From Elusimicrobiota bacterium (lineage in GTDB: Bacteria; Elusimicrobiota; Elusimicrobia; FEN-1173), in contig JAEURZ010000002.1 in assembly GCA_016788905.1 (NCBI GenBank), positions 95,383 through 159,382 on the forward strand: DNA of 64,000 nt, given 5' to 3'. The position numbers were made by a program, and so were the translations under genes. Shown in pieces: positions 29,194-36,987 of this stretch (position 1 is its first letter; every line of letters begins with the position of its first letter). The notes under the pieces were generated by a model that had not been told where the DNA came from, did no database searches, and saw only the letters and a list, made by a program, of their open reading frames with translations.

Positions 29194-30509
29194 GCGGGTT
29201 TCCGTTCCGCAAAGAGGGACATCAGTTGGCGTTGGGTTTGCTCAAACGTTGATCCCGCGGAGACCTCTTGGCGAAGAAACCCGTTGACACGGTCCAAATG
29301 ACCCACCGCGTAATCGATTTTAGCGTCACTCCCCTTCGCGTAGGCTCCCACGCGAATAAGGTCCTCCGCTTCGCGGTGCGTGGCCAGGACCTCCCGCAAT
29401 TGACCGGCGGCTTTTTGTTGTTCGGCACCCGTGACATCGGGCATAAGTCGACTGAGAGATTCCAGCACGTCCACAGCCGGATAGTGACCTTGGCTTGCCA
29501 GCCGACGGGAAAGGACCACGTGCCCATCCAATAACGATCGGAGCGCATCGGCCACGGGTTCGTCCATATCATCGGCCTCAACCAAAACCGTGTAGAACCC
29601 CGTGATACTCCCGGTTTCAAAAAGGCCCGCCCGTTCCAATAGGCGGGGAAGAAATGCGAACACAGAGGGGGTGTACCCTTTGGTTGTTGGCGGTTCGCCC
29701 AACGCCAACCCCAATTCACGGCCGGCCATGGCCAGTCGCGTGACCGAATCCATCATGAGCAAAACGTCTTTCCCTTCCGCGGCAAAATGTTCCGCCGCCG
29801 CCGTGGCCCCCAGAGCGGCGTGAAGTCGCGCCATGGGCGTTTGGTCCGAAGTGGCCACCACCACGACCGATCGAGCCAACCCCACATCTCCCAAATCTTT
29901 TTCAACAAAATCGCGAACTTCCCGGCCCCGTTCGCCCACCAACGAAATCACGTTGACATCCGCTTTGGTGGATCGAGCGATCATCCCCAAAAGTGAACTT
30001 TTTCCAACCCCTCCCCCCGCGAACAAACCAATACGTTGCCCCCGCCCGCAGGTCAACACCCCATCCAGCGCGCGAACTCCCGTGACCAACGGCGTTTGGA
30101 TGCGCCGACGGCGCATAGGTTCGGGAGGTGTCGCCCGCAAGGGGCGTCGTTCGGTGAGGCGGAGGGGCCCCTGGTCATCGAGAGGCATGCCCCGATGATC
30201 CACCACACGACCCAATAAGGCGTCCCCCACCGGCATCGAGACAGAACCGATCCCGTTCATCCAAAGGCTTCCGGGCCCTAACCCATCCACTTCTGTCAAC
30301 GGAGCGAACAAAATCGTCTCATCTCGAAACCCCACTGTTTCCGCCCAAAAAAAACGATGCCCCCGTCGTTCCCAGACCCGACAAATTTCTCCCAAAGACA
30401 CCGCGGGCCCCACCCCTTCCAGTATTCCCCCCGAGACGCGGGTGAGCCGTCCCACGTGGCGCGCGAGGGGCACCCGTTCGACCACATCGTCATACTTGGC
30501 AAAATTCAT
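29190..30509 (-). CDS. fliI: flagellum-specific ATPase FliI
   Basis: Walker A GGVGKS, Walker B, F1/T3SS ATPase core; start M24 of track ORF giving ATGA overlap with fliH. Confidence 0.95.
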   Translation of the reverse strand: MNFAKYDDVVERVPLARHVGRLTRVSGGILEGVGPAVSLGEICRVWERRGHRFFWAETVGFRDETILFAPLTEVDGLGPGSLWMNGIGSVSMPVGDALLGRVVDHRGMPLDDQGPLRLTERRPLRATPPEPMRRRRIQTPLVTGVRALDGVLTCGRGQRIGLFAGGGVGKSSLLGMIARSTKADVNVISLVGERGREVRDFVEKDLGDVGLARSVVVVATSDQTPMARLHAALGATAAAEHFAAEGKDVLLMMDSVTRLAMAGRELGLALGEPPTTKGYTPSVFAFLPRLLERAGLFETGSITGFYTVLVEADDMDEPVADALRSLLDGHVVLSRRLASQGHYPAVDVLESLSRLMPDVTGAEQQKAAGQLREVLATHREAEDLIRVGAYAKGSDAKIDYAVGHLDRVNGFLRQEVSAGSTFEQTQRQLMSLFAERKPA

Positions 30510-31075
30510 CCTTCCTCCGCTAACCGGTGAAACGTTCGTTCCAGCTCTTCCAACCGCGTGGAAACCCGGGCGTCCCATTGTTCGCGCTCCCCTTCGATCA
30601 CCACATCTCCCGGGGCCAGGGAAGAATCCCCTTGAACACGAACGGTTCCCCCCGCACTCTCAGTGGAAACACGGACGGCGTTGACATCATCATGGTGGAC
30701 ACGAATCGTCCGGGGGCCATCGTCCCCTAAGACCGAGAGTCCTTCCCGCACCCACTGGAGAACCCCTTCACGATTGATCGCCAACTCCTGACGACACACC
30801 CGGGTGGCAATGGAAAGAATAAGGCGAGCGATCTCGGGCTCACTGCGGGCAAAAAATCGGTCCAATTCGGCTTGATGGAGCGCGGCCAGTTTCTCTTTTT
30901 CAACCGCCAAAGCGGCGGCCGTCTCCTCGGCCAACAGCGCTCGGATTTCCGCTGTCAATCTTTCTCTCTCCACACGCAATTCTTCCGATCGCTTTTCATC
31001 CCGAGGAAGTCCCTTCGGCTCATAGCGTACCGTCCCCTCGGACATCCTCGATCGCTTTAGAATTTTCGGGGACAT
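30506..31075 (-). CDS. fliH: flagellar assembly protein FliH
   Basis: Coiled-coil N-term and FliH C-terminal domain; position fliG-fliH-fliI. Confidence 0.7.
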   Translation of the reverse strand: MSPKILKRSRMSEGTVRYEPKGLPRDEKRSEELRVERERLTAEIRALLAEETAAALAVEKEKLAALHQAELDRFFARSEPEIARLILSIATRVCRQELAINREGVLQWVREGLSVLGDDGPRTIRVHHDDVNAVRVSTESAGGTVRVQGDSSLAPGDVVIEGEREQWDARVSTRLEELERTFHRLAEEG

Positions 31076-31079
31076 GCTC

Positions 31080-32147
31080 TTACACCAACTGCTCTTCCGC
31101 TGGAACGTCCACTGGGGGCGCCGCGCTGTCGGTGGCGGCCGCCGCTGTGGGCGGTTTCAAAGTGATATCGCCATTTCGAACCATTTCGCGGACAGTCGAC
31201 GCGATACGGCGTTGAGCTTCCTGAACCGCCAAGAGTTTCTGGGGAGGAGATATTTGGATTTCTTCTTTGAGAGCGGCTCCCACTCGTTCGGACATATTTT
31301 TAAAGACTTTTTCTGTGATGGCCTCCGGGCAACGACGCAGGGCGATCTTGAGATCCGATTGATTGATTTTGGCCAACACCCGCTGAAGATCTTTGTCTTC
31401 CACCCGCACCAAATCATCAAAGGTAAATAAGGCTTCGGCAATCTTGCGCCCCAGTTCGGGATCTTGTTGATAAAGAGCGTCCATAATGACTTTCGATACT
31501 TCTGTCGTCAGTTGGGACAAAATTTCTGCGGACGCTAATATTTCCGCGGGCGCTGGCGGAGGAGGCCCTCCTTCTTCCTTCTGAGTCAGTCCTGCCCGCA
31601 ATCCTTCCCGAACCCACTGAGCGATTTCCGGCCGAAGCGAAACGCCCCGGGCCCGGGCCAGAAGAACGCTCCCGCGCGTTCCTTCCGGGAGAAGCGCCAA
31701 CACACGGGCCGCTAAAGTGTTTGGCATTTCGGTCAAAGCGAAAGCGCCCACCCCTGGAATTTCTCTGGACAACAACTTTGCGATATTGGCGGGGCCCACT
31801 TCTTCCGCCAGGGCCGCCAACCCTTTATCATCTCCCCCGGCCGCTTTTAAGCGAACCACAATTTCCGATGAACGCCGGGCTCCGTACATCTGGGCCAAGA
31901 TCCCTTCAATCGTTTCGATTCCCGCTTGTCCATCGGATTCGGCCAACGCCTCAGAAAATTCCGTGAGAACTTTCGCGCGCGTTTCGTCATCCACCACGAC
32001 CGGGCTCGCCATGACCGCGCAAATCCGTTCGACTTCCTCTTCCGGGTAGTTTTTCAGGACTTCCACACATTGCTCATCGGGAAGAGTACTTAAAATTATC
32101 CCTATCTTCTGAATTTGAGTGGGATTCGAAATGGCCACCGTTGTCAT
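31080..32147 (-). CDS. fliG: flagellar motor switch protein FliG
   Basis: 355 aa, armadillo-like repeats; ISPPQKLLAVQEAQRRIASTVREM torque helix. Confidence 0.9.
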   Translation of the reverse strand: MTTVAISNPTQIQKIGIILSTLPDEQCVEVLKNYPEEEVERICAVMASPVVVDDETRAKVLTEFSEALAESDGQAGIETIEGILAQMYGARRSSEIVVRLKAAGGDDKGLAALAEEVGPANIAKLLSREIPGVGAFALTEMPNTLAARVLALLPEGTRGSVLLARARGVSLRPEIAQWVREGLRAGLTQKEEGGPPPPAPAEILASAEILSQLTTEVSKVIMDALYQQDPELGRKIAEALFTFDDLVRVEDKDLQRVLAKINQSDLKIALRRCPEAITEKVFKNMSERVGAALKEEIQISPPQKLLAVQEAQRRIASTVREMVRNGDITLKPPTAAAATDSAAPPVDVPAEEQLV

Positions 32148-32166
32148 AACTCAGATCCGAAATGGT

Positions 32167-33723
32167 TCATGCCGAAGCCCTCCCGGCGAATTTCTTTTGC
32201 ATCACCCGGGCCACCCCCGCGGGATCCTTGCGGGCCGCGTCCAGAAGTGCCGCTTGAGCCTGAGATGAATTTAGGGTAGGCAATTCTTTGGGAGAGGGGA
32301 CCCCTCCTTCGGCCCCTCCCGTTGACGCGGGAGGGGGGGGAGTTGCCGCGGCCAAAACCGGTGCTGCAAGAAGTGCGGTATCGTTGGTGTTGGGTGGCGC
32401 GTTATTTGTTGAAGCCCCCGCCGCCTTGAGAAACTTCATAAAGAGAATCAGCACCATGACAATCGCCAGGGCCGAACCGCCGCGTCCGATGGCCAGCATA
32501 AGGGTTTGTCGGGTCCTTTCCTTTTTCAGAACCTCTTCCTGCGCGGCCGCTTCCTCAACCATTTTGTCTCGCTGGGCGGTATCAAACGCAACATTTTTGA
32601 TTTCAAATTGGTCTTCTCGATCCTCACTAAACCCCACGGTTTGTTTCACCAAGAGACCGATGGCGTTCATTTCTTCTTCGGAACGCGCCACGTAGGTTCG
32701 GGCACCGGGGGTGGCGGGATCTTCCTTATTCGTTCCATCAATGACGACCGAGACGTAAAGGCGCCGAATGGCCCCGGGGCTGGCCACAATCTCCTTCACC
32801 GAACGGCCCACTTCATAATTTTTAACGAACGAGGGACCCGTTCGAGGCACGCTGGTTTGTTGCTCACTTCGCAATGGCGTGTTCGGGTCATAGGTCTCTG
32901 TTTTTTCGCGAACAATCCGATCGTCCATTTCAACGCGCGTTCGCACAATGGCTTTCCCGGGCCCCAGAAAACCGTCCAACAGGCTCGTGGTCTTTTGTTC
33001 CAAATACCGTTCCGCGTCTCGTTGGAGGTCCAGCAGTTCGTTGCCATGACTGTAAACCCCATCCGAGGATCGTCCCCCAGCCAACAATCGTCCATGGGAA
33101 TCCAAGATAGAAACGTTTTCTGGTTTAAGATCTTTCACGCCACCCGCCACCAAATGGACAATCCCACTCAATTGCCGCTGGTCGATGGAGGCCCCCGCTT
33201 TCAAGGTCAAGACCACCGAAGCGCGGGCCCCGTCCTGGCTATCGAGAAACGGAGATTCTTCCGGAAACACCAGGTGGACCCGAGCGGCATGGACGTTTTC
33301 GAGGGCTCCAATGGTTCGAGCCAATTCACCCTGAATCGCACGCTGGTAACCCACTTTTTGGGAAAAATCGCTCATCCCGAGGGGGGATTTTTCAAGAATT
33401 TCCAACCCCTCCCCTTCTCCCTTGGGAAGACCTTCTTGGGAAAGTTTTAATCGAAGCTCATCCACCATCCGGGAAGGCACATTCACCGTTCGGCCTCCGT
33501 TCGTCAGACGATAATCCACCCCGTCGTTCCTCAATTTTTCCACCACCTGGGCGGCATCGATGGGGCTGAGGCGGGCGTAGAGCGGTGTCTGGTCCAGTCC
33601 CCGCATGGGGAGGGACAAGGCGTAGACGGCGCCAGAGACCGCCGCCGCAAAGATCAACACCATGGCTTTGCGGCCGACGGGCAAGGAGAAAAAAAGGTCT
33701 TTCAGTCGAATCAAGGATTCCAC
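32167..33723 (-). CDS. fliF: flagellar MS-ring protein FliF
   Basis: 518 aa, N-terminal TM, YscJ/FliF domains, C-terminal TM. Confidence 0.9.
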   Translation of the reverse strand: MESLIRLKDLFFSLPVGRKAMVLIFAAAVSGAVYALSLPMRGLDQTPLYARLSPIDAAQVVEKLRNDGVDYRLTNGGRTVNVPSRMVDELRLKLSQEGLPKGEGEGLEILEKSPLGMSDFSQKVGYQRAIQGELARTIGALENVHAARVHLVFPEESPFLDSQDGARASVVLTLKAGASIDQRQLSGIVHLVAGGVKDLKPENVSILDSHGRLLAGGRSSDGVYSHGNELLDLQRDAERYLEQKTTSLLDGFLGPGKAIVRTRVEMDDRIVREKTETYDPNTPLRSEQQTSVPRTGPSFVKNYEVGRSVKEIVASPGAIRRLYVSVVIDGTNKEDPATPGARTYVARSEEEMNAIGLLVKQTVGFSEDREDQFEIKNVAFDTAQRDKMVEEAAAQEEVLKKERTRQTLMLAIGRGGSALAIVMVLILFMKFLKAAGASTNNAPPNTNDTALLAAPVLAAATPPPPASTGGAEGGVPSPKELPTLNSSQAQAALLDAARKDPAGVARVMQKKFAGRASA

Positions 33724-33803
33724 GCCGAGCTCCTCTGTTCAATGGGACCATCCCGGTCAAGGATGTCCCTCGGCCTCCTACAACGAGGTCCAGCCGAAAG
33801 GAG

Positions 33804-34115
33804 TTACAACGGCATGCGCATAATTTCTTGGTACGCCTCCAGGGCCCGGTTACGCAATTGAACCGTCCACTGGAGAGCCAAATTCGCCTCCTCTAATTGA
33901 ATCATGACTTCATGGGAACTGACCGCTTTTCCAGAAACCAAATCGTTGACAGCCGTGTTGGCGTTCACCATGGTGTTGTCCGCCCGCTCAATGGCTTGGG
34001 TCAAAACCTCTCCGAAATTTTTATGGGGCCCGGCTCCACCCGCCGCACCAAACCCACCCCCACCGCTTAAGGGACCGGTGGTCCCGACACTCCCCAATCC
34101 CCCGAGCACGGCCAT
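33804..34115 (-). CDS. fliE: flagellar hook-basal body protein FliE
   Basis: 103 aa, Gly-rich N-term, C-terminal AIERADNTMVNANTAVNDLVSG..VMIQLEEANLALQ; ATG 34115 (track ORF 33804..34646 is an extended upstream reading frame). Confidence 0.8.
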   Translation of the reverse strand: MAVLGGLGSVGTTGPLSGGGGFGAAGGAGPHKNFGEVLTQAIERADNTMVNANTAVNDLVSGKAVSSHEVMIQLEEANLALQWTVQLRNRALEAYQEIMRMPL

Positions 34116-34116
34116 A

Positions 34117-35142
34117 TTACGCACCCTCCTTGGAATCATCGGCCCGTGTAATAGAAGCGTGATCCAGAATAAAATCAAACACCTTGTCCTCAAGCAAAAT
34201 CCCACGAACTTCTTCTTTCTGAGAATCCAGGCGCGCGATCGTTTGCTCTCGCTGATGAACAGGCAATGGGTGAGCGGCTTTCCGCACCGCCACCACCGCT
34301 TCCTCGTTCGATACAGAAATTCCCTCCGCGTCGCCAATCGCGGCCAATATATAGGCCAATCGAACCCCCCTTTCGGCCTCCAATCGAACCGTAGGTTCAT
34401 ATTCAACGTAACGGTTTTTCCAGGCTTCCAGAGTTCCCCCTTCCGCCCGAAACTGTCCCTCAAGACGACGAAAAAGTTCCCGGGAACGTTCCCGGGCCAG
34501 GCTGGGAGGCACATCAAAAGGGTGGGCCTCAAGCAGTGCCTCCACCGCCTGACTCTCCAAGTCGCGGCGAACCAGACGTTCCGATTCGGACTCCAATATT
34601 TTTCGCACCGCTTCCCGAAATTCTGAGGGCGCCCCAATGGTTTCACCCCCGATTTCCTTTAAGGCCGCCTCCAGTGCCGCTTCTGTCACTGGGAAGGAAC
34701 GTCTTTTGAGGGAAAGACCTTTGTATCCGGTGATATCCACGTCGGGAGGGCTTTCAACTGAAAATTGAATTCGAATACTCCCCTGGCCCACATCCGCGGC
34801 CTCCACGTTTGGAGCGCTGAGCGTAATCAAGTGACAATCCTCGAGCGCGCGCCCCACGGATTCTTTCACGAGAGCCGTTAAGGCTTGTTCTCGGGCTTCG
34901 GTAGCGAACCGAAGACGGACGCGGGGGATGGGAACACTTCCGCGCCGAAATCCTGGCCATTTCACGTCCCGTTGCAATCGCTCAAGAACCTGGGCCTCTT
35001 TGACCAACAAATCTTCGAGGGGCTGTTCAATCCAGAAAAAGGACCGCCCGTTTTTGACACCCATGGGTCGAACGAAAAAACTCCGGCCGTCCCCCATCGT
35101 GCCTGGATGGTGTTTCGGGTTCGGAGTCGAAGCGGGCGTCAT
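34117..35142 (-). CDS. trigger-factor-like protein lacking the PPIase domain (N-terminal ribosome-binding domain with GFRRGSVP + TF C-terminal domain)
   Basis: GFRxGxxP TF signature motif at expected spacing; N- and C-domain blocks colinear with E. coli Tig but ~90 aa FKBP domain absent; ATGA overlap with flgC stop and 1-nt gap to fliE. Confidence 0.7.
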   Translation of the reverse strand: MTPASTPNPKHHPGTMGDGRSFFVRPMGVKNGRSFFWIEQPLEDLLVKEAQVLERLQRDVKWPGFRRGSVPIPRVRLRFATEAREQALTALVKESVGRALEDCHLITLSAPNVEAADVGQGSIRIQFSVESPPDVDITGYKGLSLKRRSFPVTEAALEAALKEIGGETIGAPSEFREAVRKILESESERLVRRDLESQAVEALLEAHPFDVPPSLARERSRELFRRLEGQFRAEGGTLEAWKNRYVEYEPTVRLEAERGVRLAYILAAIGDAEGISVSNEEAVVAVRKAAHPLPVHQREQTIARLDSQKEEVRGILLEDKVFDFILDHASITRADDSKEGA

Positions 35143-35558
35143 TTCCCAATTTCCAAGGATTTTAATAGCATGCTTTTCGTGGCCCCAAAAGCGGAGACAT
35201 TGGCTTCGTAACCACGCGTGGCGGCGGTGAGGTCCACCATTTCGCGCACGGGATCCACATTGGGAAGCCTTACGTAACCCTGTGGGTCCGCGTCGGGATG
35301 AGAAGGGTCGTAGAGGCGCGGGAACGGGGTGGGATCTGGAACCCCAGCCGTGACGTTCACTCCGGAGGGGGCCTGAGCCGCTCCAATTTCAGCGGCCCGC
35401 AAGGTTTCTTCAAAAACCACCGTCTTTCGTTGGTAAGGGCCTCCCGCGGCGGTACGCGTGGTGTTGGCATTGGCGACGTTCGACGCGGCCGTTTCCATCC
35501 ACGCCCGATGGGCGGTCATCCCCGACCCGCTAATAGTCAAACCGTCAAACGCGCCCAT
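35139..35558 (-). CDS. flgC: flagellar proximal rod protein FlgC
   Basis: MGAFDGLTISGSGMTAHRAWMETAASNVANANTTRT; C-term GYEANVSA. Confidence 0.9.
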   Translation of the reverse strand: MGAFDGLTISGSGMTAHRAWMETAASNVANANTTRTAAGGPYQRKTVVFEETLRAAEIGAAQAPSGVNVTAGVPDPTPFPRLYDPSHPDADPQGYVRLPNVDPVREMVDLTAATRGYEANVSAFGATKSMLLKSLEIGK

Positions 35559-35563
35559 TCACA

Positions 35564-35938
35564 TCACCGTCCTTCGATGGCCGTTCGGGCCATCCGATGT
35601 CGTCGCGCCACCACCTCAATGAGGGTTTGGTAGCGGACCCCCGTTTCGGATATCTCCGCCATTTCTGAATCGGGAGAGAGATCTTTGACCGCTTCTTCCG
35701 AAAACCCTTCTGAAAGAGAGGATGAACTTGTTGGTAAGTGGCGGGCGTCCGTGCGTGTCACTTCCCGCGAAAGAAATTGGTCAAAGGAATTGTTTTCTTT
35801 AGGGACCATTCTTGTCCCCACAAATCCAGGTGTTTGGATGTTCGCTAAATTATGGGCCGCGGCCTTTTGGTTTAACCAAAGGCGATTGAGCTCGCCTTTT
35901 ACCGGGGAACTCGCGATGGGCATCCAGGATTCGGTCAT
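35564..35938 (-). CDS. flgB: flagellar proximal rod protein FlgB
   Basis: LNQKAAAHNLANIQTPGF rod N-terminal motif; first gene after sigma-54 promoter. Confidence 0.8.
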   Translation of the reverse strand: MTESWMPIASSPVKGELNRLWLNQKAAAHNLANIQTPGFVGTRMVPKENNSFDQFLSREVTRTDARHLPTSSSSLSEGFSEEAVKDLSPDSEMAEISETGVRYQTLIEVVARRHRMARTAIEGR

Positions 35939-35961
35939 GGCATTGGTCTCACTTTATCCAT

Positions 35962-35977
35962 ATGCAAGAAATGTGCC
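35962..35977 (-). promoter_or_regulatory. sigma-54 promoter (cGGCAC-atttc-TTGCA on minus strand) for the flgB...fliA operon
   Basis: GG and GC elements at correct 10-nt spacing; full -12 TTGCA; 20-35 nt upstream of flgB start. Confidence 0.75.
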
Positions 35978-35979
35978 GA

Positions 35980-36285
35980 TCAAACCCGTCCATAGGCCTC
36001 GTTGGCCTGGGAGCGGCGTCGGACCGCCATTAGTTTTCCGCCGACCTCCGCCAAAGCCTGGGCGAGGAGTCGGGTGTTCGCATCGCTCTGATCTCGAACC
36101 GCGATCGCCATTTTTCGCGAAATGGACTGCCCCGGATCGGCTCCCAGAGCTTTCCACAATCGGGTCCGGAGGCGATCCAGCGGCGCAAGTTTTTCCCAAC
36201 GCCCTGAAATAATGGCGTTTTCCTCACGATGAAGGACATAGAGAAGTTTATTGGCTATTTCTTCTGGGCCCGGGTTCGTCGGCAT
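35980..36285 (-). CDS. 101-aa helical protein, possible FlgN/FliT-like flagellar chaperone
   Basis: Own perfect sigma-54 promoter, AAGGAG RBS 7 nt before ATG; weak pattern similarity to the FlgN in this window. Confidence 0.5.
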   Translation of the reverse strand: MPTNPGPEEIANKLLYVLHREENAIISGRWEKLAPLDRLRTRLWKALGADPGQSISRKMAIAVRDQSDANTRLLAQALAEVGGKLMAVRRRSQANEAYGRV

Positions 36286-36325
36286 CAGGGTTCTCCTTAA
36301 CCTTTATTAATTCACCTCATGGCTT

Positions 36326-36341
36326 TGCAATTCGCGTGCCA
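36326..36341 (-). promoter_or_regulatory. sigma-54 promoter TGGCAC-gcgaa-TTGCA (minus strand) driving the 101-aa gene
   Basis: Exact consensus match; RBS and ATG 40-55 nt downstream. Confidence 0.75.
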
Positions 36342-36356
36342 TTCCATTCGACATTA

Positions 36357-36383
36357 TTTAGGTCTATTTTAATTTGCCGATAA
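36357..36383 (+). promoter_or_regulatory. candidate sigma-28 promoter (TTTA-N15-GCCGATAA) upstream of hemerythrin gene
   Basis: Exact GCCGATAA 26 nt before TTG start with AGGAGG RBS; -35 weak. Confidence 0.3.
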
Positions 36384-36408
36384 TGGCTTTTGCGAAAGGA
36401 GGGATCCA

Positions 36409-36987
36409 TTGACCAATCCCCACAGCTGGCGATCTGAATTTAATTTGGGCGTGGACATGATGGATCGGCATCACCGTGAGATGGTGAGTCTTTGTGACGC
36501 GGTGGCAGACCGAGCAAACACCCAGGGAGGAGTTCCCCAGGCGGTGAACCTTTTAGCCGAACTGGTCGGGTACGTGGGGATGCACTGCGAAGCGGAAGAG
36601 GAATTGATGCGGCGATTTTGTTACCCAGGGAGAATGGATCACCAGGATCGACACCATGAGATGGGAGTCCTTTTAAAATCCTGGGAAGATCGGGCGCGGC
36701 GACAGAAACAGGCGATCAATACCGCCTTTCTGCTTCGTCTAAGCCAATGGGTGGAAAGTCACATTCTGGGGTCGGATCGGGGCTTTTCTCGTTTTCTTTT
36801 GGATCACGTGGGGGCAGACCCTACGGCTCTGCCGCGAAGAAGGAAGGCGATTGACGTGAACGAATCCCGGTGTTCAGTGGGGAAGTCGACCGTAGCGTTT
36901 CAGTCGACTTCGTGTGACCGTTTCGCTCAAACCCAAACGAGTCGCGGCCGTTTCAATCGATTCGTTGCAGGTGTCATAGACTTTTAA
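36409..36987 (+). CDS. bacteriohemerythrin-like protein with ~40-aa C-terminal tail
   Basis: H...H, HF..EE, H...H, D..H..D cation-binding residues arranged as in hemerythrin (HHE); TTG start with strong RBS; 3' end overlaps activator gene by 114 nt convergently. Confidence 0.65.
   Translation: MTNPHSWRSEFNLGVDMMDRHHREMVSLCDAVADRANTQGGVPQAVNLLAELVGYVGMHCEAEEELMRRFCYPGRMDHQDRHHEMGVLLKSWEDRARRQKQAINTAFLLRLSQWVESHILGSDRGFSRFLLDHVGADPTALPRRRKAIDVNESRCSVGKSTVAFQSTSCDRFAQTQTSRGRFNRFVAGVIDF

Noticed and set aside
34116-34646. Upstream 177 codons of the track ORF 33804..34646 (apparent 280-aa FliE)
   Set aside because: Only the last 103 codons match FliE and begin at an ATG right after the trigger-factor-like gene stop; the upstream part is an alternative frame of that gene.
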